This document shows positions 36,441-47,126 of a DNA stretch of 64,000 nt, piece after piece. A model generated the notes under the pieces. The model was not told the origin of the DNA and did no database searches. It saw only the letters and a program-made list of their open reading frames with translations. The translations under genes were made by a program, and so were the position numbers. Origin of the DNA: a virus; IMG/VR virus record IMGVR_UViG_3300024346_008124, positions 1-64,000 of that record. The stretch is one strand, 5' to 3'. Positions within the stretch are counted from its first letter, which is position 1, and each line of letters starts with the position of its first letter.

Positions 36441-39400
36441 CTAGTATGTATCTGTTATGTCGCCTATTATAAAGAAGTATTCATTCAATGGAACGGTTTT
36501 AATTGTTTTTATATATCCAAGCTGGGGAAATCTTACAGGACCGAATAACGATGCATCTCCCAAAGATCCCGAAAAACCTCTAGGTTCAAAAGATAGAACT
36601 TCAGAATTTTCATTTATCTTTTTATAGTTATCGCTTGTGCCAAATCCGGGCATTTCACTGCCTTCCGTAATTACAAACGGGGATTTGTACCCAAAAGACT
36701 TGTCGTTTTGATTTTCAGTAAAATCAAAAGACCCGACTTTAGGAAGCGTAGGAACAGAAGGTTTACCGTAACGGCGTTGCAAGGTGTAAATATCCATCCC
36801 TAAGCTAGCCTGCAACACCGATACAACATCCTCAATAAGCACAGACCTTTCTGGAATAAAGTTGCCACCCGGAGGAATTGGTAGTCCCTGCGAATATAAT
36901 CCACAAGCGCTACCAGAAACCGCCCTCCTAAAATTCTCTTTAGTTACCGTAGTATATCCTGCGTTACCATTAATTCCATTTAGATGCTCATACAACATAT
37001 TTGAAATTGTATCAAACTGAAGCGAAAATCCAAACCGCTCTTCAAAGAATCTTACCACGGTTTTTATAGTTTCTCTAAGGTTTTCTAAAAATATACCGCC
37101 ATTTTTATCTGCATAAAAACTTGAAACATACCCATCTTTCTGAACCCCATCAGGAGGATTACCCATCAAAGTGGGCCTAGCCTTATCTAACCCGGCAGGC
37201 CAATTAAAATATACAAGCCCTTCAATCTTGCTAACCAAAGTTAAAATGGAGGTATAGGTATTATCTGATTCTGGTATGGTATCTAAAATACTACCTATAT
37301 CAGAAATATCCTTGTCAGATAAAAATATACTATTGTGCCTGTTTCTCCACCCATCAAAACTATTTCCCTTCAAAATATCTCTACTATCAAGGCCAAATCT
37401 GAAAGGCTTGTACTCAAGAGATGTCGTTATGTGCGCCACAGGAGAGGCTTCATTATTAGCCAATTCCCAACCGCTTAGTAAGTTACAATAATCAAAAAAC
37501 AGACGAGGAAGTTTTTTACATTTGTCTATTTTAGACTTTTCAACTATTTTCCTATAGTAAAGTCTTGGTGTTGCTTGGTTGGTTTCTGTGACAATACCGA
37601 AGTATGTAATAACAGATCCGCAAGAACCTCTAGCGATATCTTCTAAAAAATATTCTCCACTAAATCTATCAGAGTCATTGGTCGTATATGTAGCATGATA
37701 AGCAAACGGCCCTGCTGTGTCTCCTTCTGCGACTTCTATATCTTGAGGAGGATCACCACTTATTCTTCCGTGTCCAGTAACAGAAGAGCAAGCCGGTCTT
37801 GCAATTTCAAAACTCTGCTCACTACAGAGATCGCACGACGGCTGAACTATTAAGGGTCTGATGTCAAACTCGTTTACATCACGATCAAACCCACCTTTAT
37901 CTTCAACAGATTCAAAATCAACATCAAAAGTTCTTACAATATTTGTAAAGGGCTGAGTAAAATAGCTAGCGTCATTTAATAAAACCTCAGCATCCACCGT
38001 TACCAATGACGCATCCGCGAATGTGTCATCGACTATTAAGCTAACTATCTTCGTAAGCTCAGTAAATCTTGGAATAAGAGCATCAGAAAATAAGCTAGAT
38101 GCAGGAGTTGTTGTTTGGTTGCAAGTCGTAGCAATTCCAAAATCCCATGTATTAACAAGACCTAGCCATTCATCTTTATTTTGAGCAGAAACTGCACCCT
38201 CTACCGTGTATCCGTTTTCACCCCCGTTATACCAAAAAAATGGATCATTTGGACCCGCTCTTTCAATTCTGTCAGACGTATATGTAGAAGAATATAAGCC
38301 CCCATCCAAGAATAATTTAACACCATCTCTTATCTCATACTCTCCGGTAGATTTCTTAAAAGTGAACCCCTGAGCAGATTCAAGTGGGCCAATGTTTTCT
38401 CCTTTTTGATTGATATAGAAATAAGAACCTTCTTCATATGTGACCGTAGAGACAATGCCCGCTAAGACCTGCCCTTCTTCAGCCTCTTCTCCTTCGCTAA
38501 CATACAACTGTTCAATCTGCCCCTTTACAGGAGATACAATGTTTTCAATAATGTCAACAGTTGCCAGCTTCTGGTTTTTAGAAAGTTCTTCGCCTATCGT
38601 TATATTTAGAGTAATTCTTCCGCTCACTTCAGAAACAACCTCCCTTGTGGTGCTTCCAACTTCACCAATCATAACAACATCGCCAGCCTTAACGATGTCC
38701 CCATTGTTAACTTTTATTTCTGTTATACTTCCTGCAAAAAAGTCCCATTTAATTTCTTCTACATCGGTAATTATTTCAAAAAGGTTGTCACCAGCATCTA
38801 CTAACTGACCTACAAAATTATCTTTGTTGTATATTTTTGAAACTGTTGCATCTTTGGGGGCAACAACAGACGTAAAAGAATGCCCTTCTTCTTCAGGGTC
38901 CAAAGGAACAGTTACATCAACTCCAATCTTGTACCAATATTTATCAACATCTGTATCTTTTATCAATGAAACTATTTGTTCTACATAGGGATGGTTCAGC
39001 TTGGTTTTATTTAAGAGCATGTTAACAACTGGTATATACTGTTGATATAGCAAGGTCGCATATTTATTTTGAATAGCCCACGTAGCTTGCGACATATCAA
39101 ACTTAGTAAAACCAAGATTATTAGATCTATCAGGAGATGTGTTATCGTCGAAATATCGCCTATAGAAAAGCATATCGTTTTCAAACTTTCCAGAGCAGCC
39201 GTCTTCTCCATCGCTAGCGTTTGCTCTGAATCTAAGGCCAGCACCAGCACTATAAAAAGGCAGGAAAGACGAATCTTCTCCCTGAACGGTCATTGAATAC
39301 TCGCTTTCGCCAGATGTTATTTCAGTCAAGAAAGCATTTATGATTTGAGAAGCTTTTCTTCCGTATCCTAAATCTAGACCACCATATGCTGCTCCAACAA

Positions 39401-42400
39401 TAAAATCTTTATGATTTTCTATATTGAAAGAATACGGATATGAAGCTCCCGTGCTTTTATCAACTTCAGAAAAAACATCTCCAGCTTCAGACCAGCTAAC
39501 CTCAGAAAGTGATATTTGGTGATTTTCTCCATATTTATTCTCAACGGAGTTGGCAGAAGTACCTATGATATCAAGAACCCTATTTTGACTTTCGCTAAAA
39601 AGACCGCCCGCATCAACATGATAAGTATCGCTACCCATTGAAAATATTCTTCTAGTTTCCTCAAGGGGTTTTTCAACACTAAGCGGGTTTTCAGGAGTTT
39701 TTTTACGAGTGACAATCTGCCACGTACTGTTGTATCCATCCTGAACACCCACAGCTTCATAAACCTTGATACTGGGATTTTCATTAGTTGGCCCTATTGT
39801 AATCGAGTTTGAGCCAATCCGGGTTGTGTGACCAAGCGGATTATTACCAGCATAGTCAACAGCGATATGAGGAATCCCAATTCTACCAGCGTCACAAAGA
39901 ATGATACTGCGGTCAATAGATATAACACCATCTTCGGGCAAGTCAAAATACTTATTTTCAACAGCGGGATATCTTGGTAATGTCGAAAAACATGCCGCAT
40001 ATACAATCTGTTGTTCGGGAATATAGGTCGCTAGAACAATATCCACACAACTTTCAAACTGAAAAGACCCTCCCCACTCCGCCGCTTCTCTTTCGTGATT
40101 TAAAATAGTAACGCATCCATAATCAGCGCGAGATAGCTTAGAACGATCTCCAACGTCCCAGTCGCTTTCTAAAAGCTTCCATTCAAAATTATGTTCCATA
40201 GCAAGACACTCTTTAGGACAGCTATCGTTTATGTCTTCTCTTGCAAGCTTTAAAGGATAAAATTCGTGTTGTCTTAGCTTAAATCTAAACTTGGCAGCAC
40301 TAAATTTTCCATAATGAGGAACGGCGTCGTATGCATGTATTTCATTAGGAGAAAATAACTCTAGATCCGAATCTACATCTACTAGAGCGCTCCCGGACTC
40401 TATGGCGCAACCCCTAATATAAAGACTAGTTAAATAATTGTTTCTAGAAAAACCTCCTCCGGGAGAAATTGACCCAAATCGGTCCACGGGCAGGATGGGC
40501 GGTCTGTATTTTTTATCCACGTTCATAACTGATTTATTAAAAACATATCCCCCTACAGCGCTAGACACAAGCTTTTTAGGGTCACATGTAACACCTTGGA
40601 GCGTACCTTGCCGAAGTCCGCTACTGGTGTTAAAAACCGGAAAACTGGTTCTTATGCAATATTGATCGTCTATGTCAGTAATCCAACAGCTATGATCCCC
40701 AAAACAATCAGGAGATTTGTATTGACCGAATGATGTTTGATTGTGGGGAAGTCCCGCAAGGGGATAATCAAATCCAAAACTTGGACGATTAGAAGCTGCT
40801 AAAAACTCTCTTACAATATAGTCCTTACCCATAAACGTAGAAGAGCCTTCAAGCACTCTGTATTTCAATCTGTAAATATACTTTGCTTGGTCAGACGTAG
40901 GCTTAAAAGTATAACTCCAATGTGTTCTTTCGGAGTGGCCGTTTCCCTCATTTAAAACAAAGTCTCTGGGGCTGGTTAAGAGTTTACTTTTAGAGTTTGA
41001 AACTAAGCCTGTAGCGTAAGATCCCAACTTTTCATCTGGCAATATGTCAACACCTATTGGACCTATATCAACAAGAGGTAGCCCAACCACTTTAGGATCT
41101 ATAACATCAAGATTAACCACATCTCCAAAGTCGCCAGCGGTGGCCCTTCCTGTTGGGGGCGAGTTGTATTGTTGCATCAGGGCTATATGGTGGATGTTAG
41201 TAAAATTCTCGTAATTTGCAACAAGTTCTAGATCTCTATCGTAAGAAAGTTCATAAAGAACCTGCAAATAAGTTTCAGCAACTCCTGATTTTAAATTGCT
41301 TGTTTTGGGTTTAAATAATTCAAGCTCTATTTTTCCACCAGAAACAAAATAGTTTGGCCCAGATAAAAATGAATCAAAATCAAATCTAGTGTCCATAAAT
41401 GATTTTTTAGAAACATATTCCCCATCTTCTGTTCTGGTATAAAGAGTCCTCCATTCTTCAAAATTAGAGGAATTTAGTAAAAAATTAGGACGTAAAATCT
41501 CGTTACAGGCAGTGTCTTCAGAACGCGGAGTTGTTTCAAGATCAAAAGAAATGTATTCTGCTTCAAGCCTGCTGTCACCTCCCATAAAACGATTAAAAGT
41601 TTGAGTTTTTGGAGGCGGTTCTTTGGCAGCAGATCTCACTTTTGATTCGCACCCAGACAGTGTTATCTGTTCTTCTATTCTTTCTGTTTTATATTCTCCA
41701 CCGTTCATTGGATTTTCTGGATCGGTAGGAATAAATGTTGTTTTTGTTTCTTTAAAAAACTGAGGAGCATTATATAAATCCGCACCACTTATTCTTCTAA
41801 GCTCAATAAGAGCCTGATTGCAAATAAAATCGCCCGTCCCGACGTTTGGACAATCTATCAATAGAACATAAGAACCATTAGAATCAATTTTGCCGTAAGG
41901 TATTTGTACATCTTTTCCATAACCGTCATTATTAACATTGGCCGTGCTTCCCGAACTAATTGCTGAAACTTGCATTGAGTTATATGCTGTATATGGAAAT
42001 GTTTTTAAAGATCTAAAAGCACCACCTTCAAACTGATCCTCATGATCATCTCTTAAATTTACATCCTGTTCTCTATATTCTATTTTCGCAATTCCGTCTA
42101 TAGTAGAAAACCCCGTATATACACGATCAATATCTGGATCATCAATTTTTTCAGATATTTCTGCTCCATTAAACACTTTATCAATAACAGTTGTTTCATA
42201 TTCAAACATACCATTGCCAAACACTGCGTCAAACTCTTCTACACTGTTTGGCATTGACTCATCTTCTGCCAGCTTATAAATATCAACCCCTATTCCATCT
42301 GTTTCTAAATTTTCAGACCTTTCTTCAAAACTACTTGGAAGAAAAGAGGCGGGAACAATACGGCTAAAGTCTACTTCTGACAAATCTTCAATATCTTCAG

Positions 42401-42863
42401 AACAAGATTTTATAATCTCACCAAATTCAAAAATATCTCCGCTCGGATCATACGAGTAATCGAAAGCCTCTGGCCTAAAGTATATACTGTCTATAAAATT
42501 ATGACCAAAAGAATTTACCTTGCCCCAGTCGTAAACGTCATCTATTTCAAAACGAAGCGCAACTTTTCTTTTTGTAGTATACTCAATTCTATATATGTAC
42601 CGCCTACTACCCTTTTGGAAAAAGTATGAATCTTCACCTTTAAGGTTGTAAAATTTTCCAGTATCATCCTGAAAAGAAAAAGTTTCTTCTTTTATAAGTT
42701 TTTCTGGCTCTCTTTGGCTTGGTCTCCAGCTATTAACGGACCTATGCACCTTGGCCTCGACTTCTACAAAGCTTTTCATTTCTGAATTAATATAGCGATC
42801 CACATCAAAAAACACGGTTTCTTGATCACAGTTAAGCTTACCACAACAACAATTAGTTCCCAT
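36441..42863 (-). CDS. giant putative tail/virion protein with biotinyl/lipoyl-like (barrel-sandwich hybrid) modules
   Basis: 2140 aa; starts MGTNCCCG; four hybrid half-motifs such as IVSPVKGQIEQLYVSEGEEAEEGQVL. Confidence 0.75.
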   Translation of the reverse strand: MGTNCCCGKLNCDQETVFFDVDRYINSEMKSFVEVEAKVHRSVNSWRPSQREPEKLIKEETFSFQDDTGKFYNLKGEDSYFFQKGSRRYIYRIEYTTKRKVALRFEIDDVYDWGKVNSFGHNFIDSIYFRPEAFDYSYDPSGDIFEFGEIIKSCSEDIEDLSEVDFSRIVPASFLPSSFEERSENLETDGIGVDIYKLAEDESMPNSVEEFDAVFGNGMFEYETTVIDKVFNGAEISEKIDDPDIDRVYTGFSTIDGIAKIEYREQDVNLRDDHEDQFEGGAFRSLKTFPYTAYNSMQVSAISSGSTANVNNDGYGKDVQIPYGKIDSNGSYVLLIDCPNVGTGDFICNQALIELRRISGADLYNAPQFFKETKTTFIPTDPENPMNGGEYKTERIEEQITLSGCESKVRSAAKEPPPKTQTFNRFMGGDSRLEAEYISFDLETTPRSEDTACNEILRPNFLLNSSNFEEWRTLYTRTEDGEYVSKKSFMDTRFDFDSFLSGPNYFVSGGKIELELFKPKTSNLKSGVAETYLQVLYELSYDRDLELVANYENFTNIHHIALMQQYNSPPTGRATAGDFGDVVNLDVIDPKVVGLPLVDIGPIGVDILPDEKLGSYATGLVSNSKSKLLTSPRDFVLNEGNGHSERTHWSYTFKPTSDQAKYIYRLKYRVLEGSSTFMGKDYIVREFLAASNRPSFGFDYPLAGLPHNQTSFGQYKSPDCFGDHSCWITDIDDQYCIRTSFPVFNTSSGLRQGTLQGVTCDPKKLVSSAVGGYVFNKSVMNVDKKYRPPILPVDRFGSISPGGGFSRNNYLTSLYIRGCAIESGSALVDVDSDLELFSPNEIHAYDAVPHYGKFSAAKFRFKLRQHEFYPLKLAREDINDSCPKECLAMEHNFEWKLLESDWDVGDRSKLSRADYGCVTILNHEREAAEWGGSFQFESCVDIVLATYIPEQQIVYAACFSTLPRYPAVENKYFDLPEDGVISIDRSIILCDAGRIGIPHIAVDYAGNNPLGHTTRIGSNSITIGPTNENPSIKVYEAVGVQDGYNSTWQIVTRKKTPENPLSVEKPLEETRRIFSMGSDTYHVDAGGLFSESQNRVLDIIGTSANSVENKYGENHQISLSEVSWSEAGDVFSEVDKSTGASYPYSFNIENHKDFIVGAAYGGLDLGYGRKASQIINAFLTEITSGESEYSMTVQGEDSSFLPFYSAGAGLRFRANASDGEDGCSGKFENDMLFYRRYFDDNTSPDRSNNLGFTKFDMSQATWAIQNKYATLLYQQYIPVVNMLLNKTKLNHPYVEQIVSLIKDTDVDKYWYKIGVDVTVPLDPEEEGHSFTSVVAPKDATVSKIYNKDNFVGQLVDAGDNLFEIITDVEEIKWDFFAGSITEIKVNNGDIVKAGDVVMIGEVGSTTREVVSEVSGRITLNITIGEELSKNQKLATVDIIENIVSPVKGQIEQLYVSEGEEAEEGQVLAGIVSTVTYEEGSYFYINQKGENIGPLESAQGFTFKKSTGEYEIRDGVKLFLDGGLYSSTYTSDRIERAGPNDPFFWYNGGENGYTVEGAVSAQNKDEWLGLVNTWDFGIATTCNQTTTPASSLFSDALIPRFTELTKIVSLIVDDTFADASLVTVDAEVLLNDASYFTQPFTNIVRTFDVDFESVEDKGGFDRDVNEFDIRPLIVQPSCDLCSEQSFEIARPACSSVTGHGRISGDPPQDIEVAEGDTAGPFAYHATYTTNDSDRFSGEYFLEDIARGSCGSVITYFGIVTETNQATPRLYYRKIVEKSKIDKCKKLPRLFFDYCNLLSGWELANNEASPVAHITTSLEYKPFRFGLDSRDILKGNSFDGWRNRHNSIFLSDKDISDIGSILDTIPESDNTYTSILTLVSKIEGLVYFNWPAGLDKARPTLMGNPPDGVQKDGYVSSFYADKNGGIFLENLRETIKTVVRFFEERFGFSLQFDTISNMLYEHLNGINGNAGYTTVTKENFRRAVSGSACGLYSQGLPIPPGGNFIPERSVLIEDVVSVLQASLGMDIYTLQRRYGKPSVPTLPKVGSFDFTENQNDKSFGYKSPFVITEGSEMPGFGTSDNYKKINENSEVLSFEPRGFSGSLGDASLFGPVRFPQLGYIKTIKTVPLNEYFFIIGDITDTY

Positions 42864-42866
42864 TTA

Positions 42867-45800
42867 TTACTCCGTACAGCTAACCCAAAGTGGTGTCCAT
42901 TCATAATTTAATCTAGCGACTACAATAAATACATTTGCCCCAGCCGTTGCGGTCAAGTTAACATCTCTATTGTAACAGGTTATAATTTCTCCTAAGTCTT
43001 CAAGCGCTCCTTCGCCCTTCTCTTCTCCTGTTTTTCTTAACACGTTGACAGTGAAATTACTTGGCGACAGCACAGAAGGCGCGGCAGTTATGTCTGTAGC
43101 AAGAGTTCCGCATAATATTTCTGGGCCGCCTGACCAAACCTTTCTTTCTTTATCCCACAAAAATCTTATAGGGCCACTTTTCATAAGCTTAGGATTTGTT
43201 TGAAAGTTTGGATCATGACTTCTAAGATCTCCATCAATATTAGGAACAGGATTATATGCTATATCCCATCCCCAACCTTGACCAGTCATAGGTAACTTAT
43301 AAGCCATATACCTTACTCTATTAACTGACTTTCTTTCTGACTCTTCCATCTTTTCAGGATTAAGATCCGACGTAGGATCGTCATCAATAGCAGAAACAAT
43401 AGCGCTGTCATGATTGTTATTCATCATTTCACTGCCGTCATCTCCATGCACCGCTGTTGAAAATACAGGATCTGCTTCTTCCCCAGAAGGCAAAACGCCA
43501 CCAACAGGCTCATCTGTAACTTCTACTTTTTCTAAAGATGACATTTCTTCATTTTCTGAATCTTTATTTTTTCTTGTTTCAACCGGAACCATTTTGGCGT
43601 CTTCTGAATTTCCCGCCATTCTGTTAAATTTCTCAGGATTATTCGCGGCCTGAGCAGCAGCGTCACTAATATTTATACTAGATACTTCTGACGTTCCAGC
43701 GAAATTTCCTCCGGGTGGAAATATTTGAGCGAGACTAAAACCCATGTTAGGACGATTTTGCCTTTTAGCCAACTGCTCCATTCTAGACTCCTGCTTTATA
43801 GGAAGGAATGGTCTTTTTGTTATCTTGTCTCGCTCTCTTTTTGCAAGCTCTAGGCTGGCTTTGTTGATTCTTGAAATTCTATCAACATTATATTTAGCTA
43901 GCTTACCAAACTGAGGGGTCCAAGTGTTAAATTTATAAGTAGTTTTAAAGCCGCTAGTGTCAATTGTAAACGACATATCTGTAACATAAGGGCCGCCTCC
44001 CGCAAATCTTTCTGCTATATTGTAAGCAGGAAACTCTGCTAATTCTACATATCCAGTTTCTGAAGCCGCCAATGCCGCAGTGCCAACTTGAGCAAGAGAT
44101 TCGCCAGCCTCGTTCATACCAGCTACAGAACCAAAGGTTTCTGGCACAAGACTTTCTTCAGATATCACCTCGGACTTACCAGCCAAGCTTCCGCCACGCC
44201 ACGGACCCCAAACATATCTATTACTTTGTTGAGAAACACCAAAAGAAAAAGGAGGAACCACCTTGGGGGGAATTGCTATTTGGGTATTAGGCTTTCCGGG
44301 TCCAATATAATTTTCTGGCGGAATATCAATGTCAAAAAATCGCTTGGCTAACACCGTCAAACCAAAATCTGGTGTAGTGATATCATCATATTCTTTTATT
44401 TGTTGCCCAGCGTTCATAACGACAAAAGGCTTATCTCCTGCCCCAAAATTAAAAAAGTAAGCGCTTTTTTCTATACTACATCCCGCACTAGCCACCCCTT
44501 GCCCAATGTTGTCAAGCCTGTCAAAATTCTGAGTAAACATATTTCCAGTATAGCCAGCATACTGACTACCCAAAACACTAAAGTCTCTGTTACCGCTATA
44601 ACTCCACTCTACATAAGTCTTAGTCCTTCCTGAGCTATCAAAGAAAGCAACATCACTAAACCTATTAGCGGGATCAAAAGAAGAATCCAGAGCCTCCCAA
44701 GAGGTTTCGTATTTTTGATCTTCTGTTATAAATCTAAGATTATTGTCAATACCCCCCGGTTCTTCCGGCATACGTAAAGCAAACATTTTTCCATAAAAGC
44801 TGCTTGCAACGTTCTGTACAGCCGCCCAAATTTTCTCAGTGTAATCTTTAGCCTCTCTTGCATAACTGTTAGCGAAGTCTGTATCGTACCCCTTTTTAGC
44901 GGTGGTCAAAGATGTAGACGCTAAACTCATAGCGCCCCTGTTACCAGCGGCCAAAGCCCGCAAAGTTCCTTCATCAATATCTATATCAACACACCAAGGG
45001 TCGTCTTCGTATTTCCCATTTGCAACAGACTCAAAAACTTTAAACGTTTGCCAAGAGTCTCTACCTCCGGTAGCCATCCTTAATTCAAAAACCGTAGCCT
45101 CGTAGCTAGAAAAATAACTAAAAGGATCTACCCATACAGGGATCTTGTTATCGTCTAAATAGCTCAATCCAGTAGGGTTCATTTGAAAATCAAACATATA
45201 TTTACTATCTTGCTTTTTTGCCCAGATAGGATAGCTGTTTGTATCAGTACGTCTTGTCACAAGCCTGCTTGCAGGGCCGCCCAAAACTATTTTTTGAGTA
45301 GTGTCGTCTGTCAATTCTTCACCAATAGAAGAACTCATAAGAACGCCCCCGGACTTAAAGCTCTCAACTAATGAACGAACGACTCCGCCCGTGGGAGGTT
45401 GCCCCTTATCTATGCTTTTAACCTTTATTATAGGGTCTATTAGTTCAAAACCTCCCTGAACAGGATTACCGTCTTCGTCTACTATAGTTTCAGGATCTTT
45501 TGCGACGACTGTGATAAAATAGTCATGCTGAACCAAGTCGCCAACGTCAGATATAAGGCTGTTTATACTTTGAGAAACGCCAGAAAACCTATAGTATTCT
45601 GGAGCTATTGCGGATATTTCACTTAAATCTATCTTATAATATTCTTGAGGACCAAAAGCGCATTTATGGGCAAAGCTAGCGCCTTCATTTTCGTCAGGAC
45701 ACGATAACTTTTCTAAAGTTCTCAATAGCTTGTTGGCCGGAAATCCTACGCTATTTGAGTCCGAGCCTCCAAAATTTCCACGAACACCGTCTTCTCTGGT

Positions 45801-47126
45801 AAAGCTATAATTTTCAAAATGCCCCAGAGCATTATAAACATTGTTAACTTCTGTTGTTATATTGGGGTTTACGCTAGAGGGTCTAAACCTATTGTATTTT
45901 TCTCCAAAGTCAAAATTATATTCTGTGCCTTCAAAACTATCCATTATAACATGAACGCCGTCTAACAATTTAGCGGGAGACTCTAGCAGCACCTTGTAGG
46001 TCTTCCCTCCCGTGGTGTTTGAATAAGTCCACCTAGTGAAGATTCCTCCGAAATAAAATCCGGCATACTGAAAAAAGCAAGCAGTCCCCACCGGAGGCGG
46101 TTTCCAAGTAAGATCATTATTAGGATCTTCCACTAAAACCAAATCGCAAGTACTACTATTTCCACCCCACCCCACAGAAGAACTAACGCTTTGAACAGAG
46201 CATCCAAACATTTCAGGAGCTTTAAGTGGACCGCTAATCCTTTCATGCACAGGATAAACAACGATTTTGACAAGTGTTTCTGGATTCCAGTTATTTATAT
46301 CGTCAGGAACGAAAGTAATGGTAACATTTTCTGATTTTTTAAGCTCTGTGCCTTCCGGGGGATTAAATTGAAAAGAACCCACTATCTCCTGACCTCCGTT
46401 CTTCGCTTTAACCCCAACTCCCCCCGTAGCCTCGTCAAAATCTAATTTTTGAGGAAACTCTTCAAAACGTCCTTTTGGAAGAAGTATTTTTTCGTAAAGA
46501 CCGTTTTTAAAAATAGGACATTCAATTACAGCATCGCCCTTTAAGACTTTAAATTCGACCTCTAGTAGAACTTCTTCTTGCGTTATATTTCCGTCTGCAT
46601 CTCTCACTTCGGAAAGGGGAAGACTTTTATAGTTATCTTCATCACTGGGAGTAAAAGTAGCCGTGACCTTTTGAGAAACGTCTGCCGCATTTAATTCCGT
46701 ATCTAAAGCGGGCGTATAAACAAAAGTTCCCTCAGTGCTGGCTATTGCGTTAAGCTGTTCAGTAGACAGTGTCGGACCATCCCCCTCGCTATCCAATCCA
46801 TAAGTTATATCGGGGGGATTGTTCCAAACTACTAGGGGCGTAGCTTTTTCTACAGTCAAAGAAGCTGTCCCGGCTATATCAGATCCCAAAGCGCTATCTT
46901 CTGGGTCAAACGTAGCAGTTAAAGTATAGCTTCCAGCGCCTAGCTTTAACCCAGTCGTCAGGCTGCCACTAGCCGTGCCAGAGTATGTATAAACATATGT
47001 TCCGTCAGGAGAATAATCGTCACCATCAGCATCTTGATATATAGCGCGAGCAGAAAATATTGACTCCTCAATAGTTTCTCCATAGACTATGATACCGACA
47101 TTTGATTCCCATTTTATTTCAGGCAC
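42867..47126 (-). CDS. putative baseplate hub/tail protein with N-terminal Ig-like repeats
   Basis: 1419 aa; KATPLVVWNNPPDITYG...TFTPSD repeats, then hub-like SVSSSVGWGG...LVED and C-terminal VTDMSFTI...TTYKF. Confidence 0.7.
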   Translation of the reverse strand: MPEIKWESNVGIIVYGETIEESIFSARAIYQDADGDDYSPDGTYVYTYSGTASGSLTTGLKLGAGSYTLTATFDPEDSALGSDIAGTASLTVEKATPLVVWNNPPDITYGLDSEGDGPTLSTEQLNAIASTEGTFVYTPALDTELNAADVSQKVTATFTPSDEDNYKSLPLSEVRDADGNITQEEVLLEVEFKVLKGDAVIECPIFKNGLYEKILLPKGRFEEFPQKLDFDEATGGVGVKAKNGGQEIVGSFQFNPPEGTELKKSENVTITFVPDDINNWNPETLVKIVVYPVHERISGPLKAPEMFGCSVQSVSSSVGWGGNSSTCDLVLVEDPNNDLTWKPPPVGTACFFQYAGFYFGGIFTRWTYSNTTGGKTYKVLLESPAKLLDGVHVIMDSFEGTEYNFDFGEKYNRFRPSSVNPNITTEVNNVYNALGHFENYSFTREDGVRGNFGGSDSNSVGFPANKLLRTLEKLSCPDENEGASFAHKCAFGPQEYYKIDLSEISAIAPEYYRFSGVSQSINSLISDVGDLVQHDYFITVVAKDPETIVDEDGNPVQGGFELIDPIIKVKSIDKGQPPTGGVVRSLVESFKSGGVLMSSSIGEELTDDTTQKIVLGGPASRLVTRRTDTNSYPIWAKKQDSKYMFDFQMNPTGLSYLDDNKIPVWVDPFSYFSSYEATVFELRMATGGRDSWQTFKVFESVANGKYEDDPWCVDIDIDEGTLRALAAGNRGAMSLASTSLTTAKKGYDTDFANSYAREAKDYTEKIWAAVQNVASSFYGKMFALRMPEEPGGIDNNLRFITEDQKYETSWEALDSSFDPANRFSDVAFFDSSGRTKTYVEWSYSGNRDFSVLGSQYAGYTGNMFTQNFDRLDNIGQGVASAGCSIEKSAYFFNFGAGDKPFVVMNAGQQIKEYDDITTPDFGLTVLAKRFFDIDIPPENYIGPGKPNTQIAIPPKVVPPFSFGVSQQSNRYVWGPWRGGSLAGKSEVISEESLVPETFGSVAGMNEAGESLAQVGTAALAASETGYVELAEFPAYNIAERFAGGGPYVTDMSFTIDTSGFKTTYKFNTWTPQFGKLAKYNVDRISRINKASLELAKRERDKITKRPFLPIKQESRMEQLAKRQNRPNMGFSLAQIFPPGGNFAGTSEVSSINISDAAAQAANNPEKFNRMAGNSEDAKMVPVETRKNKDSENEEMSSLEKVEVTDEPVGGVLPSGEEADPVFSTAVHGDDGSEMMNNNHDSAIVSAIDDDPTSDLNPEKMEESERKSVNRVRYMAYKLPMTGQGWGWDIAYNPVPNIDGDLRSHDPNFQTNPKLMKSGPIRFLWDKERKVWSGGPEILCGTLATDITAAPSVLSPSNFTVNVLRKTGEEKGEGALEDLGEIITCYNRDVNLTATAGANVFIVVARLNYEWTPLWVSCTE

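Noticed and set aside
38445-38875. Functional biotin or lipoyl carrier (auxiliary metabolic gene)
   Set aside because: The acceptor lysine motif is absent and the domains are embedded in a 2140-aa protein of the structural block
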